Positions 18,179-28,551 are shown, numbered from the stretch's first letter. The stretch is 64,000 nt of DNA from Brevinematales bacterium (GCA_020052515.1 JAGVOW010000016.1:162-64161); one strand, 5' to 3'. The notes: generated from the letters alone by a model not told the origin. Translations and numbers: made by a program.

Positions 18179-19360
18179 ATGCAAAGAAAAGTTAAACCAA
18201 AACTTCTAGTGGTGGAAGAATCTTCTCAGAGAAGAACTTATACTTTAAAAGAGTTGTCAAATCTGTATACAAAAAAAGATAGAGCAGTTAAAATTATTAA
18301 AGAAATGAGCGAATTCTTGAGAGTTTTAGACTTACGGGAAAGCGACATACTGAAAACAATGATTGTCCGCTTCGCTATTGAGTCCGTAGAAGCATCGCAG
18401 GGTTCTTTGATTGTATACGATTCCGTTGAAAATGTCCTGAAGTATCAGGATACGTATGTTTACGATGTCAATAACAAGATTGTTCTGGACATCAGTGTAT
18501 TTGAAGGTTATAGTGAATTATTGGATATCCAGGTCAAAGCGGGTGAAGGCATTGTCGGCGAGGCTTATCTAAAGGGTGTTCCTATTATTGTGGAGTCTAT
18601 GGAAGGCAGCAAATATCCTAAGCCTCCGGTTGGGGATATTATGAAAATAGACATTGGTTCTGTCATTGCGATGCCTCTGAAGATTAATAATGAAGTCATA
18701 GCGGTTCTAGAGATCACGAAAGCTAGCTCAAAAACTTCCTTTACGAAAGATGACTTGGAAACCATTATGATTATTGCCAATTTTGCGTCAGCTATTCTGG
18801 AAAACGCGAAACTGTTTTTGTGGGCCATCCACGATAGCCAGACAGGGCTTTATAATAACCATTATCTTTACAAGGAACTTTTTGATGAAATTGAAAAAAG
18901 CAAGCGCTACGGCCGGATATTTTCTTTGGTGATGATCGATATTGATAATTTTAAGCTCATCAATGATAGTTACGGCCATATTTCAGGGGATAAAGCCCTG
19001 GTGCATCTTTCTGAATGCATTAAAAAAACTATTCGAAAAGATGTGGATATTGCTTCCCGGTATGGCGGCGATGAATTTGTGATTGTTTTCCCCAATACTT
19101 CCGCGGAAGTTGCTTATAAAATTTGTGATAGGCTCCTGACCCTGGCATCCGATCAGAAAATCAAAACCCTTGATGGGAGAGAGTTTTCTTTTACTTTGAG
19201 CATTGGAATTTCAGAGTTTCCCAAGGATGGGGAAGAATCCTATTTTCTTTTTAATCATATGGATGACGCTCTCTACGCGGCTAAGAAAAAAGGCAAAAAC
19301 ACCATCTGTATCTATAACAAAAAAATGAGTAAAAGGCAGCTTTGTGCCGATACCTTATGA
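18179..19360 (+). CDS. GAF-domain diguanylate cyclase (GGDEF)
   Basis: GAF-like 'GEGIVGEAYLKGVPII' in the middle and a C-terminal 'DIDNFKLINDSYGH...RYGGDEFVIVF'. Confidence 0.8.
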   Translation: MQRKVKPKLLVVEESSQRRTYTLKELSNLYTKKDRAVKIIKEMSEFLRVLDLRESDILKTMIVRFAIESVEASQGSLIVYDSVENVLKYQDTYVYDVNNKIVLDISVFEGYSELLDIQVKAGEGIVGEAYLKGVPIIVESMEGSKYPKPPVGDIMKIDIGSVIAMPLKINNEVIAVLEITKASSKTSFTKDDLETIMIIANFASAILENAKLFLWAIHDSQTGLYNNHYLYKELFDEIEKSKRYGRIFSLVMIDIDNFKLINDSYGHISGDKALVHLSECIKKTIRKDVDIASRYGGDEFVIVFPNTSAEVAYKICDRLLTLASDQKIKTLDGREFSFTLSIGISEFPKDGEESYFLFNHMDDALYAAKKKGKNTICIYNKKMSKRQLCADTL

Positions 19361-19838
19361 TAAATTTATTTTATCCTTTTTCGTCTGGCTTTTCACATTT
19401 CTGGGGATAGGAATCGTCATTGTTTCTTTGCTTTTCCTGAAAAACAGGGGAAAAAGCGAAAAAATGCTTTTTTCCGATAGCGGCCGTTCTTATAACCGGA
19501 AGAAAACTGTTTTACCTGCCTATCATGCAAAAGAAAAATCGGATATTTTCCGTGAAAAATTGGGCAAAAAAGTTGTGCAATATATGATTGAAGTAGCGAC
19601 CTCAAACAATTTAGCTCTGGTAAGAGACCGGGTTAAGAAAATTCGCGATGAGTGCGAGAGGTTAAACAGTATGGATTTACCCAGAGACAGCAAGCAAATT
19701 ATTTCGTCTGTTCTGTTCTGGTCAAGGAAAATCGATGTTTACCGTCATGTGAATGAAATCAGGATTTTTCGCAAATCTTCCCAGATCGTTTACGATCCAA
19801 GAAAGCATGATTTTAAACTCCGGATTCAGGGGGAGTGA
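19344..19838 (+). CDS. Membrane-anchored hypothetical protein
   Basis: One TM segment 'FILSFFVWLFTFLGIGIVIVSLLFL'. GTG start overlapping the GGDEF gene end. No recognisable domain. Confidence 0.3.
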   Translation: MPIPYDKFILSFFVWLFTFLGIGIVIVSLLFLKNRGKSEKMLFSDSGRSYNRKKTVLPAYHAKEKSDIFREKLGKKVVQYMIEVATSNNLALVRDRVKKIRDECERLNSMDLPRDSKQIISSVLFWSRKIDVYRHVNEIRIFRKSSQIVYDPRKHDFKLRIQGE

Positions 19839-19843
19839 GGCGC

Positions 19844-20887
19844 TTATTTTATCCGGAGCCTCTTCATTTTTTGAGTCAGTGTATTGCGGTGAATGCCCAT
19901 GATCCCTGCCGCTTCGGATATTTTCCAATGAGCCTGTTCCAGGGCGCTGATAATCTGGGCTCTTTCCATTTCGTTTAAGTCAATATCGGTGATGATTACA
20001 TTATCCTTTTTAATATAAGAGGGATTGGAATGGTTATCGTTTAAGGACCCAAGGGATGAAAAAATATTTTGCGGCATGTTTTCTATCGATATCTTTTTGT
20101 CTTCTGACATAATGATAGAATGATAAATCACATTCTTGAGCTGACGGACATTTCCGGGCCAGCTAAAAGAGATAAAAAGCTTGATGACATCTTCGTTAAT
20201 CGATTCAATTTCCACCTTCTCTTCTTTCATATATTTATTAATAAAATGATTAATCAAAATAGGTATGTCTTCTCTTCTTTCCCGAAGCGGAGGCAGATGC
20301 AGGTAAATGACATTAAGCCGGTAATAAAGGTCTTCACGAAAGAGATTTTTTATTGCCTGCTGCCAGAGGTTTCTGTTTGTCGCGGAAATAATCCTTACAT
20401 CAATAGAAATTGACTGAAGCCCGCCTACCCGGTTAATGGTATTGCCCTCTATGACCCGAAGCATTTTTGATTGAAGCGGTAGCGACATTTCGCTGATCTC
20501 GTCTAAAAAGATGCTTCCATGATTGGCATGCTCGAATTTCCCAATTTTTCTTTGTGTTGCTCCGGTAAAAGCGCCTTTTTCATAGCCAAAAAGCTCGCTC
20601 TCCATAAGATTTTCAGGTATTTCCGCGCAGTTTAATTTAACCAGCCGCTCGCTGCTTCTGGCGCCCAGGCTGTGAACAGACTGAGCGAATATTTCTTTCC
20701 CTGTACCACTTTCTCCCTCTATCAGGATATTCGCGTTGCTTTTTGCGGCTTTTACTACTCTCTGAAAAGCAGCAATAATAGAAGGAGACTGGCCAATGAT
20801 TCCAAAACGCTCCATTTGTTCTATAATGGCCGCCTGATCCTTATCAGGATTTTGAAGAAAATCCTGTAACCCCCTGATATCCCCCAT
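19844..20887 (-). CDS. sigma54-dependent transcriptional activator lacking an N-terminal sensor/receiver domain (PspF-like architecture)
   Basis: Walker A 'GESGTGKE', 'GAFTGA' loop, 'FLDEI', C-terminal HTH 'ISEAAGIMGIHRNTLTQKMKRL'. Only ~45 aa precede the AAA+ core. Confidence 0.85.
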   Translation of the reverse strand: MGDIRGLQDFLQNPDKDQAAIIEQMERFGIIGQSPSIIAAFQRVVKAAKSNANILIEGESGTGKEIFAQSVHSLGARSSERLVKLNCAEIPENLMESELFGYEKGAFTGATQRKIGKFEHANHGSIFLDEISEMSLPLQSKMLRVIEGNTINRVGGLQSISIDVRIISATNRNLWQQAIKNLFREDLYYRLNVIYLHLPPLRERREDIPILINHFINKYMKEEKVEIESINEDVIKLFISFSWPGNVRQLKNVIYHSIIMSEDKKISIENMPQNIFSSLGSLNDNHSNPSYIKKDNVIITDIDLNEMERAQIISALEQAHWKISEAAGIMGIHRNTLTQKMKRLRIK

Positions 20888-20900
20888 AAACCCACCTACT

Positions 20901-22076
20901 TTATCTGTATTCTAGAAAATCTTTTTTTAGTTCTTGATAATATTCTAAAGCCCGTTGTTCTATATCGGCATCGTAGTTCCCATTAATAATAGACTCGAAG
21001 ATTTCTTTTGCGGTGTAAATATCGGGAACAATTTCATAAATGCGCGCGATATTAATCTGCGATAAGGCGTAAAACCGTTTGTCATTCTTCATTTTTTGGG
21101 TTTCACCCTTGATAGTGTCCAGATTGTTTTTATCTATGGTTCCCATATGAATGATAAGGTCTTCCAGTTGCAGCAAGGAAGCTTTCCTGGTTTCATCATT
21201 TCCACCCAGGGCGCTCAAATAATTTTTCACGGCCTCTTTTTCTATTTTCTTTGCCTGGTAGAGATTGCCTAGATAATAGTATTTTTTTGACGCGTCATTC
21301 AATCGATTAATTTGAACTAAAGCCGAATCAAAACTTCTCTGAGAAATCAAAAGTTCTATCAATCGGTAACGGATTTTCTCTTTGTCGGAGTCTTTTATTT
21401 CTTCGGAGCTTAAAGATTTTTCCAGTTCCCGGATAGACTCAGTAGGAGATTCTCCCTCTACGGCGGAGATCATCAAACCGGAAATGTCTAAAGAAGAAGG
21501 CGCGTTTTGTTTTTCTTCTTGCGGAGGTGCTTGCTGAACAATATTGGTTTTCTGCTCAGTCGAAGTAGCAGAAATAGCGATAGGTGCTTTCACTTTAATG
21601 TAATAAAAGACATTCTTCTTCAAATCACCGCTGAGGTCATAGAATTGAAAATGAATTTTACTGTCCAGCTTACCGCTATGGAAAAGAAAAATTCCCTTAT
21701 CCTGTTTAGATTTCTCGCGGATGTTTTTTAAATCTCCCTGGATTGATTTTAATACAACGAAAGCTCCTTCCAGATTTAGATTAAGCGAAAAATCCTCATT
21801 TTGAGGAACCGCGAGCTGTTTATTTACTTCTGGTGTCTTTTGAACAGGGTTTTCTTCGTAAGCTGAGGGATCTTTTATGCTCACTGGAAAAGAAGGGGTT
21901 TTTTGAGAATGACGAACAGGCCTTTTTTTTAAGCCGCTTTCTTGAAGAATCTGGTCAAAATTAATGAGGTTGGCCCGGTTCATGTTTTTCAGAAAAATGA
22001 GATGTTCCTGAGTACATGAGAAAAACAAAAGAAAGTAAAAAGCCAGCAGAAAAAAAAGAAAACATCTATTTTTCAT
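20901..22076 (-). CDS. Lipoprotein with helical-repeat C-terminal half, function unknown
   Basis: Lipobox 'LLFFSC'. It overlaps the upstream TPR gene by 4 nt (22073-22076). Confidence 0.4.
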   Translation of the reverse strand: MKNRCFLFFLLAFYFLLFFSCTQEHLIFLKNMNRANLINFDQILQESGLKKRPVRHSQKTPSFPVSIKDPSAYEENPVQKTPEVNKQLAVPQNEDFSLNLNLEGAFVVLKSIQGDLKNIREKSKQDKGIFLFHSGKLDSKIHFQFYDLSGDLKKNVFYYIKVKAPIAISATSTEQKTNIVQQAPPQEEKQNAPSSLDISGLMISAVEGESPTESIRELEKSLSSEEIKDSDKEKIRYRLIELLISQRSFDSALVQINRLNDASKKYYYLGNLYQAKKIEKEAVKNYLSALGGNDETRKASLLQLEDLIIHMGTIDKNNLDTIKGETQKMKNDKRFYALSQINIARIYEIVPDIYTAKEIFESIINGNYDADIEQRALEYYQELKKDFLEYR

Positions 22077-23710
22077 AAAACATTTCCTAATGATTTTAAA
22101 TATTCCTGGGCTTTTTTATTTCCAGGTTCAAGGGAAATCACCTTTTTAAAAGCGGCTTTCGCGCGGATACGGTCCTTCAAATGCAAGTAAAATAACCCAA
22201 GTTTATAGAGTACTTTAGGGTTTATTTGCTGGAATTTCTGGTATTCTTCTAAAAGTTTTATAGAAGCCTCGTTTTTCTTGAGTTTCATTTTAGTGAGCGC
22301 TAGCGCGTAAAGAATATCAGGATTTCTTTGAAAAGAAAGCGCGTTTTCCAGGTAATCTTCCGCTTTTTCAAAGTTTCCCAGCCTGCCTTCTAATGTTCCA
22401 AGGCTGTAAAGAAGATTCAGGTCTTTAGGTTTTATTTTCAGGCCTCTGGATAAATAATCTCTGGCTTTCTCAAATTGTCCCAATTTCATCAGGGAGTTTC
22501 CTGCCACAAAATAGACCATACTATCAGGCATAGGCGCTCCGGGGAGTTCGGAATTTTTTAAAAATTTCACTCCAAATTGAACGCTTTCTTGATATTGATG
22601 GGTATAGTAATAACAGAGGGCCAAATTTTTCCACAACTCTTCCCGGGAGAAATCTTTAACTCTAAAACTGCCGCAGGACTCTATTTCTGAGAGGCATAAA
22701 AGCAGCTCAGGAATGGCTTTCTGATATTCTTTTTGAAGAAAAAAGATGAGAGCTGTTTTGTAGGCGTACTTTGTGTCCTGGGATAATTGAAAGGCTTTTT
22801 TAAAGCAAGTAGAGGCTTCATAGTAATGGCCTGTTTTCAAATACAGCCCCCCCAGGCCTTCCCAAATTTCCAGGTTGTTTGGAGAAAGCTGCCGGGCTTT
22901 ATTCAAAGACTCTACGGCTTTATCAATCTGGCCGCAGGACTCATAAATCCAGCCTAAGTAATACCAGGCTTCCGGTATGTCCGACTGAATAGAGATAACA
23001 GTATTCAACTTTTCGATGCTCTTTTCCAGAAAGCCAATCTGGAAATAGGCTACCGCCAGGCTGATATAAGCGCCTGGATAATGAGATGGATCGCGGCTAA
23101 TGACGCGTTCGAGGCATTCAATTGCCTTTCGGAAATCCAATAACCGGCTGTAAGCGATTCCTAAGCCAAACAAACAGTGATTATCCTGGTTATCTTTAGC
23201 AAGCCGCTTTACGAATAAATCCCTTGCTTTCTCAGGATAGTTCATCTGCATAAGAGTAAGGCCGATGTTGTATATCAATTGCTGGCCGTCTGTTTTTTCA
23301 GTCAGAAAATAAAAACTTTCCATGGCCTTATCCACAAATCTGGTTTTTAGATAAGCCATGCCGAGATTGTAAGCGATGTCTTCATTTATAGCTTCTTTTT
23401 TCTTGAGCTCCTCAAAAAAATGGATCGCTTCTTCGTATTTACCCAGTGAAACGTAGCTGTAAGCCAGATTGTAAAGGGCGGTACAATTTTCCGGATTGAT
23501 CATGACCAATTTCTCTAAATAGTTTTTCGCTTGATCATATTCCTGGAAATAGAGGTGGCAGATGGAAATATTAGAAAGCACGTTTTCTTTCATAGAGGCA
23601 TTGTTTTCCTTTAAAGCGCAACTTAAAAGCTCAAGAGCTTCGCGATAATTGCCCTTCTGCATCAATTTTTCGGCTTCCAGGGAAGAAATGAGAGAGTGAA
23701 TCTTATTCAT
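22073..23710 (-). CDS. Multi-TPR repeat protein (no signal peptide)
   Basis: About 14 successive 34-aa TPR-like units ('A.YNLG.AY...G.YEEAI..FE.AL'). Confidence 0.6.
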   Translation of the reverse strand: MNKIHSLISSLEAEKLMQKGNYREALELLSCALKENNASMKENVLSNISICHLYFQEYDQAKNYLEKLVMINPENCTALYNLAYSYVSLGKYEEAIHFFEELKKKEAINEDIAYNLGMAYLKTRFVDKAMESFYFLTEKTDGQQLIYNIGLTLMQMNYPEKARDLFVKRLAKDNQDNHCLFGLGIAYSRLLDFRKAIECLERVISRDPSHYPGAYISLAVAYFQIGFLEKSIEKLNTVISIQSDIPEAWYYLGWIYESCGQIDKAVESLNKARQLSPNNLEIWEGLGGLYLKTGHYYEASTCFKKAFQLSQDTKYAYKTALIFFLQKEYQKAIPELLLCLSEIESCGSFRVKDFSREELWKNLALCYYYTHQYQESVQFGVKFLKNSELPGAPMPDSMVYFVAGNSLMKLGQFEKARDYLSRGLKIKPKDLNLLYSLGTLEGRLGNFEKAEDYLENALSFQRNPDILYALALTKMKLKKNEASIKLLEEYQKFQQINPKVLYKLGLFYLHLKDRIRAKAAFKKVISLEPGNKKAQEYLKSLGNVL

Positions 23711-23720
23711 ATATCAACCG

Positions 23721-24545
23721 TTAATTAATATTAAGCGAGAACCAGGCGTTCGCGTAATCTTTTTGTATTCGCAGAGAAATTTTGTTAAATTTTGTACTCA
23801 AGCGGTTGTAGCGGAGCTTTTGCAAAGATTTGGCTATCTTATACGAATAACTGGCCGCTTGCGAATAACTATTGATACTTTGAAGATAAAAATCCAGGGA
23901 TAATGAGTACTTCTTCTGGTAATAGCTCATTTCGCCCAACTGGAAATAAGCCAAACTTCGAACCAGGCCGTTCTGAGTGGTGGAAATAGTTTTGTTGAAA
24001 TAATTTTCCGCCGATTTCTGATCTTCCAACCCGTAATAACACATCCCGATAAAATAGAGATTGTCAGCGTAAGGCGCGATTTTAAAGCTTGCGTTCAGGT
24101 CCTCGATAGCCTGCTGGTAATGTCCGACTTTGTAATAAGAAACGCCGCGCAGCTTGTAGGCATAAGATAAAAATTCGTCGGGAACAGAATGAATGTTAGT
24201 AAGATTGCTGAGTATCAAAGAATAGGCTTGAGGATTTTTTGCTTCAAGGAAAAGATTGTATGTCGCGGCAAAACGGGCATAATTTTCTATTTCTTTTAAG
24301 GCTTCATTGGTAACAATAGACTTCAGTTTGTTGATAAAATCGCTATCCCCATCTAAAGCCAGCTTTGTGACAACCCGATAAAGCCTTTTCTGATAATGTC
24401 CGTTTTTTGTGTTTTTTATATTGTTTAAAATAGTATAGGCCTGGATAAAATCACCCTTATCGTAAAGTTCATCAAATTTGTAATATTGAGAACAACCGTT
24501 AAAGAGTAACACTAATAAGATAAAAAGAGCCAGCTTTATTTTCAT
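23721..24545 (-). CDS. TPR-repeat lipoprotein
   Basis: The probable start is 'MKIKLALFILLVLLFNGC' (lipobox) with a GGGGGAGAA RBS. The longer ORF to 24638 has a non-signal N-terminus. Confidence 0.55.
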   Translation of the reverse strand: MKIKLALFILLVLLFNGCSQYYKFDELYDKGDFIQAYTILNNIKNTKNGHYQKRLYRVVTKLALDGDSDFINKLKSIVTNEALKEIENYARFAATYNLFLEAKNPQAYSLILSNLTNIHSVPDEFLSYAYKLRGVSYYKVGHYQQAIEDLNASFKIAPYADNLYFIGMCYYGLEDQKSAENYFNKTISTTQNGLVRSLAYFQLGEMSYYQKKYSLSLDFYLQSINSYSQAASYSYKIAKSLQKLRYNRLSTKFNKISLRIQKDYANAWFSLNIN

Positions 24546-24693
24546 CGTTTTTTTCTCCCCCAGGAAACTTACCGAAAGGCAGGGCGAGTTTCCAATTTGG
24601 CAACAGTAAATCTTAAATAAAACCCACTTGAAAGTCAAGGAAAAAGCTTGTGTGTTATTCCGGTCCTTCCGATATTTATTCTGAGGAGATAGT

Positions 24694-25656
24694 ATGCAGC
24701 TGCCTGTTTATACGGAATTGTCTAATTTTGATACAAGAGCCGGCGGAAAAAGAATTTCCCGGGATATTTCTATTGTCTTGATTCTCGATAGCCTTTCTGA
24801 TCCAGTAAATACGATCAATTCTATTTATCAATTTGTTTCCAAAAAAAACTGCCGAAGCGAATTTATTCTTTTGAATCTGAACAAAGAAGGGTATCAATAC
24901 GATAAGCTGCTGTCTACTTTCCCGGTTATGCGCGTTATTCTGCCGCAGGAAGGGATTAAGCTTCAGGACGCTATTGCTATCGCTGCTAAAGAAAGCCTTT
25001 CAAGGAATATTTTTTTTCTGGATGAAAACTGCCGGATAGAGTCTATTCAATTCAAAGTGCTGCAAATGGTATTCTCAGAATCCAATTTCGGTGTTCTTTT
25101 ACCCTTACTGGTGAGCGAAAAGACAGAGGTTATTCCCAATATTGTAAAAGGTAAGTTGAAAAAAGGCTTTATTGACACCATTTCTATGGATATCGTTGGG
25201 ACAGCCATAGTGTCTCTTTATCCTAAATACTTTTGTTTTGTGATGAACCGGGATGCTTTTTTATCCAGGAATATTGAGCTTCATAACTATGAAGACAGCC
25301 GCTACACCTTGCTGGAATTGGGTTACCAATTCTGGAAAGAGGGTTTTATTATTACACAGGCCAGAAATCTTAAAGTGCTGTATTCCGGTGAAACGAAAGA
25401 AGACATTCGGGAAGATTTTTCCAATAAAGATTACCTATTTTTTCATTTTGCCAATATTACAAGCGTGGAAGCGAGAAAAGAAAGGTGGAAAAGGAATGTT
25501 TTTGCGCTTTTGAAGTCTTTTTTTGGATTGAACTGGAAGAATATAAGTCTTTTGTGGGATATTTTCAAAAATTTTAAAAAAATGAGAGAAAATAATCTGT
25601 CAAAACCTATTGAGGATTTGGCTATTTTTTCGATAATTAATAAGGATATTCTATAA
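24694..25656 (+). CDS. Possible GT-A (family 2-like) glycosyltransferase
   Basis: 'ISIVLILDSLSDPVNTINSI' is a Rossmann-like start. The gene is adjacent to a cytidylyltransferase-family gene. The call is weak. Confidence 0.3.
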   Translation: MQLPVYTELSNFDTRAGGKRISRDISIVLILDSLSDPVNTINSIYQFVSKKNCRSEFILLNLNKEGYQYDKLLSTFPVMRVILPQEGIKLQDAIAIAAKESLSRNIFFLDENCRIESIQFKVLQMVFSESNFGVLLPLLVSEKTEVIPNIVKGKLKKGFIDTISMDIVGTAIVSLYPKYFCFVMNRDAFLSRNIELHNYEDSRYTLLELGYQFWKEGFIITQARNLKVLYSGETKEDIREDFSNKDYLFFHFANITSVEARKERWKRNVFALLKSFFGLNWKNISLLWDIFKNFKKMRENNLSKPIEDLAIFSIINKDIL

Positions 25657-25671
25657 AAGGAGGGCATTTTT

Positions 25672-26406
25672 ATGACGAAAGAAGTAGATGTTATTGTTCA
25701 GGCCAGGTTAGATTCAGAAAGGCTTCCGCAGAAAGTGGTTCTTTCGATAGGCAATAAGCCTTTACTGGCGCATATTGTGGAACGTTTGGCTCTCTCCAAG
25801 TATATCCGCAATATTATTATTGCCACTACGGAAGATTCTATTGAAGCAATAAAAAATTCCCTCTCGCGCTACGATTTCCTCCATTATTTTGTGGGCAATA
25901 AGAAAAATGTTTTAGAAAGATACTTTATGGCGGCGAAAAATTTCGGCAGTAAAATTGTGATCCGCGCGACGGGCGATAATCCGCTGGTTTGCCCGAAATT
26001 CCTGGATAAAGCCCTGGAGCTTCATGTGGAAGAGCAGGCGGACTTAACCCATTTTCTGGGCATACCTCTGGGAACCGGAGTTGAAATTATAGGAAAAGAA
26101 GCGCTTTCCTTATGCTACAAATACGCTAAATCCCCTTATGATCAGGAGCATGTCACTCAATTTATCTATAAAAACAGGGATTCCTTCAAGGTTTTAGAGC
26201 CTCTTTCCAGCGGGTTATTCTACGCTCCGGAAATCCGGGTGACTGTAGATACGCCCGACGATATGGCCAGAGTGCGCGGGATATTCGCTCATTATCACAA
26301 AAAAAGCTTTATCTCTATGGAAGACATTGTTCGCTTTTATCAATGTGAAGAAGAGGAAGAAATTATTACTTCCTACCATTGCTCAGCCGTGCCGGCGTTA
26401 GCATAG
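25672..26406 (+). CDS. Cytidylyltransferase-family protein (SpsF/acylneuraminate cytidylyltransferase-like)
   Basis: 'VIVQARLDSERLPQKV...IGNKPLLAHIVERL' and 'IRATGDNPLV'. Confidence 0.6.
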   Translation: MTKEVDVIVQARLDSERLPQKVVLSIGNKPLLAHIVERLALSKYIRNIIIATTEDSIEAIKNSLSRYDFLHYFVGNKKNVLERYFMAAKNFGSKIVIRATGDNPLVCPKFLDKALELHVEEQADLTHFLGIPLGTGVEIIGKEALSLCYKYAKSPYDQEHVTQFIYKNRDSFKVLEPLSSGLFYAPEIRVTVDTPDDMARVRGIFAHYHKKSFISMEDIVRFYQCEEEEEIITSYHCSAVPALA

Positions 26407-26421
26407 ATTTTGAAAAAAGCT

Positions 26422-26670
26422 TTATCTTCTTGATTTATTGACTGAGCTTAAAAGAAGCCCGATCGCGCCGCCTATGCCGCCGGAAATAAAAATATTCCGC
26501 CGGATTTTTTCTCCTCCAGCAATGGCATCGCCCAATTGGCCGGCTATGCCTTTGTCATTGAAAAATAAATCCATCACAGAAAGATAATGCCCGGCAAACC
26601 TTGCAAATAAAAAATATCCTACCACCAGGCCGATAACTCCAAAAATCACCGCATAAGACAAGAGCTTCAT
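26422..26670 (-). CDS. Small Gly-rich membrane protein
   Basis: The start 'MKLLSYAVIFGVIGLVVGYFLF' is preceded by an AAGGGGG RBS. There are two TM segments. Confidence 0.4.
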   Translation of the reverse strand: MKLLSYAVIFGVIGLVVGYFLFARFAGHYLSVMDLFFNDKGIAGQLGDAIAGGEKIRRNIFISGGIGGAIGLLLSSVNKSRR

Positions 26671-26762
26671 GATTGCCCCCTTGTTGTCGTAAAATAACGG
26701 TTTAATTATAGTTACTTTCTTCAAAAAAATCAACACCGGAGCGGGATTTTAGCGCTAAAAGT

Positions 26763-26791
26763 TTGACACTCCTTGGTTTATTATTTAATAT
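26763..26791 (+). promoter_or_regulatory. sigma70-type promoter of the ilvBN(C) cluster
   Basis: TTGACA-N17-TAATAT, 48 nt upstream of the ilvB GTG. Confidence 0.55.
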
Positions 26792-26838
26792 ATATTCAGA
26801 GTTTTTTTATGGAGACTTCGAAAGGGGAGGAATAGACA

Positions 26839-28551
26839 GTGATATTGAATGGTTCCAGGATTTTAATAGAAAGCCTCAAAAAAGAAGGGGTAGACACGAT
26901 TTTTGGCTATCCCGGCGGTGTTGTTATTCCTTTATTTGATGAATTATACGACGAAAAAGAAATAAATTTAATCCATGTGCGCCATGAGCAGGGAGCGGCT
27001 CACGCGGCGGATGGCTATGCCCGGGCTTCGGGAAAAGTGGGAGTGTGCCTGGCTACCAGCGGTCCCGGCGCGACCAATCTGGTGACAGGAATCGCTACCG
27101 CCTATATGGATTCTATTCCTATGGTTGCCCTGACCGGACAGGTTGTCAGCTCTATGATCGGCAGTGACGCTTTTCAGGAAGCGGATATTACAGGCATTAC
27201 CCGGCCGATTACCAAGCACAATTATTTAGTGAAAGACACAAAGGATTTAGCGAGAATTGTTAAAGAGGCTTTTTATGTCGCCAGTACCGGCAGGCCCGGC
27301 CCGGTTTTGATTGACCTTCCAAAGGATGTGCTGACCGGAAAAGCGGAGTTTCTCTATCCGGAAAAGGTAGAAATGCGGAGTTACAATCCGAAAGTCAAGC
27401 CCCATCAAGGGCAAATTAAAAAGGCTTTAGGGCTGATAGCGGAAGCAAAAAAGCCTATTATTTATTTCGGGGGCGGGGTTATTTTGAGCGGCGCTGCTAA
27501 AGAATTAATTGAATTGGTTCGTAAAACCGGCATTCCCTGCACCAGCACAATGATGGGATTGGGCGGCTATCCAGCGGATTTAGCCGATCCGCTTTATCTC
27601 GGAATGCTGGGCATGCATGGAACTGTATTTGCCAATTACGCTGTCCACCATGCCGATTTGATTATCGCCATCGGGGCCAGGTTTGACGACCGGGTTACCG
27701 GCAGGATTGATGAGTTTGCCCATAACGCGCGCATTATTCACATAGATATTGACCCTACTTCGATCAGTAAGAATGTGGTGGTGGATGTTCCGATTGTAGG
27801 TGATGTAAAAGAAGTTTTGAAAGAAATGTTGAAAGATATTAAGCTCGTCAGCATCAAGCCTTGGCTGGATCAGGTACAGGAATGGAAAAAGGCCAATGCT
27901 ATGGCCTATCAGAAAAGTGAAACGGAAATTAAACCGCAGTATGTGATTGAAAAGCTTTCTGAAATTACAAAGGGTGACGCGATCATCGCGACGGAAGTCG
28001 GCCAGCATCAGATGTGGACGGCGCAGTATTATCAGTTTAAAAACCCCCGGAAATGGCTTTCTTCAGGAGGCCTGGGCACCATGGGATTTGGGTTGCCCGC
28101 TTCGATTGGGGCAAAGGTCGCGATGAAGGACGAGCTGGTTATAACTGTCGCGGGAGATGGGTCTATTCAGATGAATATTCAGGAATTAGCTACCGCGATC
28201 AGCCATGATATTAATATCAAGGTGATTATTCTGGACAATGCTTATCTTGGAATGGTGCGGCAATGGCAGGAGCTCTTTTTTAAGAAGAGATATTCAGCGG
28301 TGCTTCTGGAAAAGCATGTAAACAATAAGTCAACCGGGAAATATTATCCCGATTTTGTCAAGATCGCGGAGGCTTATGGCTTTTGGGGCAAAAGGATTTC
28401 AAAGCCTGAGGAAGTCGAGAAAGCGATTCGGGAAATGATCGCTTATCCAGGCCCCGCGCTTCTGGATGTATTAATCTGTAAAGAAGAGAACGTTTTTCCG
28501 ATGGTGCCGGCCGGAGCAAATTTGACCCAGATGATCGGGGGTTTAGCATGA
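26839..28551 (+). CDS. ilvB: Acetolactate synthase (AHAS) large subunit
   Basis: 'FGYPGG', 'RHEQGAAHAADGYARASGK' and ThDP motif 'GDGSIQMNIQEL'. It overlaps the small subunit gene by 4 nt. Confidence 0.9.
   Translation: MILNGSRILIESLKKEGVDTIFGYPGGVVIPLFDELYDEKEINLIHVRHEQGAAHAADGYARASGKVGVCLATSGPGATNLVTGIATAYMDSIPMVALTGQVVSSMIGSDAFQEADITGITRPITKHNYLVKDTKDLARIVKEAFYVASTGRPGPVLIDLPKDVLTGKAEFLYPEKVEMRSYNPKVKPHQGQIKKALGLIAEAKKPIIYFGGGVILSGAAKELIELVRKTGIPCTSTMMGLGGYPADLADPLYLGMLGMHGTVFANYAVHHADLIIAIGARFDDRVTGRIDEFAHNARIIHIDIDPTSISKNVVVDVPIVGDVKEVLKEMLKDIKLVSIKPWLDQVQEWKKANAMAYQKSETEIKPQYVIEKLSEITKGDAIIATEVGQHQMWTAQYYQFKNPRKWLSSGGLGTMGFGLPASIGAKVAMKDELVITVAGDGSIQMNIQELATAISHDINIKVIILDNAYLGMVRQWQELFFKKRYSAVLLEKHVNNKSTGKYYPDFVKIAEAYGFWGKRISKPEEVEKAIREMIAYPGPALLDVLICKEENVFPMVPAGANLTQMIGGLA

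Noticed and set aside
24575-24600. TTGGAAACTCGCCCTGCC (minus strand) upstream of the TPR operon as a sigma54 promoter for the adjacent bEBP system
   Set aside because: GG and GC are separated by 11 nt instead of 10, and the -24 box is TGGAAA rather than TGGCAC. A sigma70-like TTGACT-N17-TAAGAT promoter nearby explains expression.
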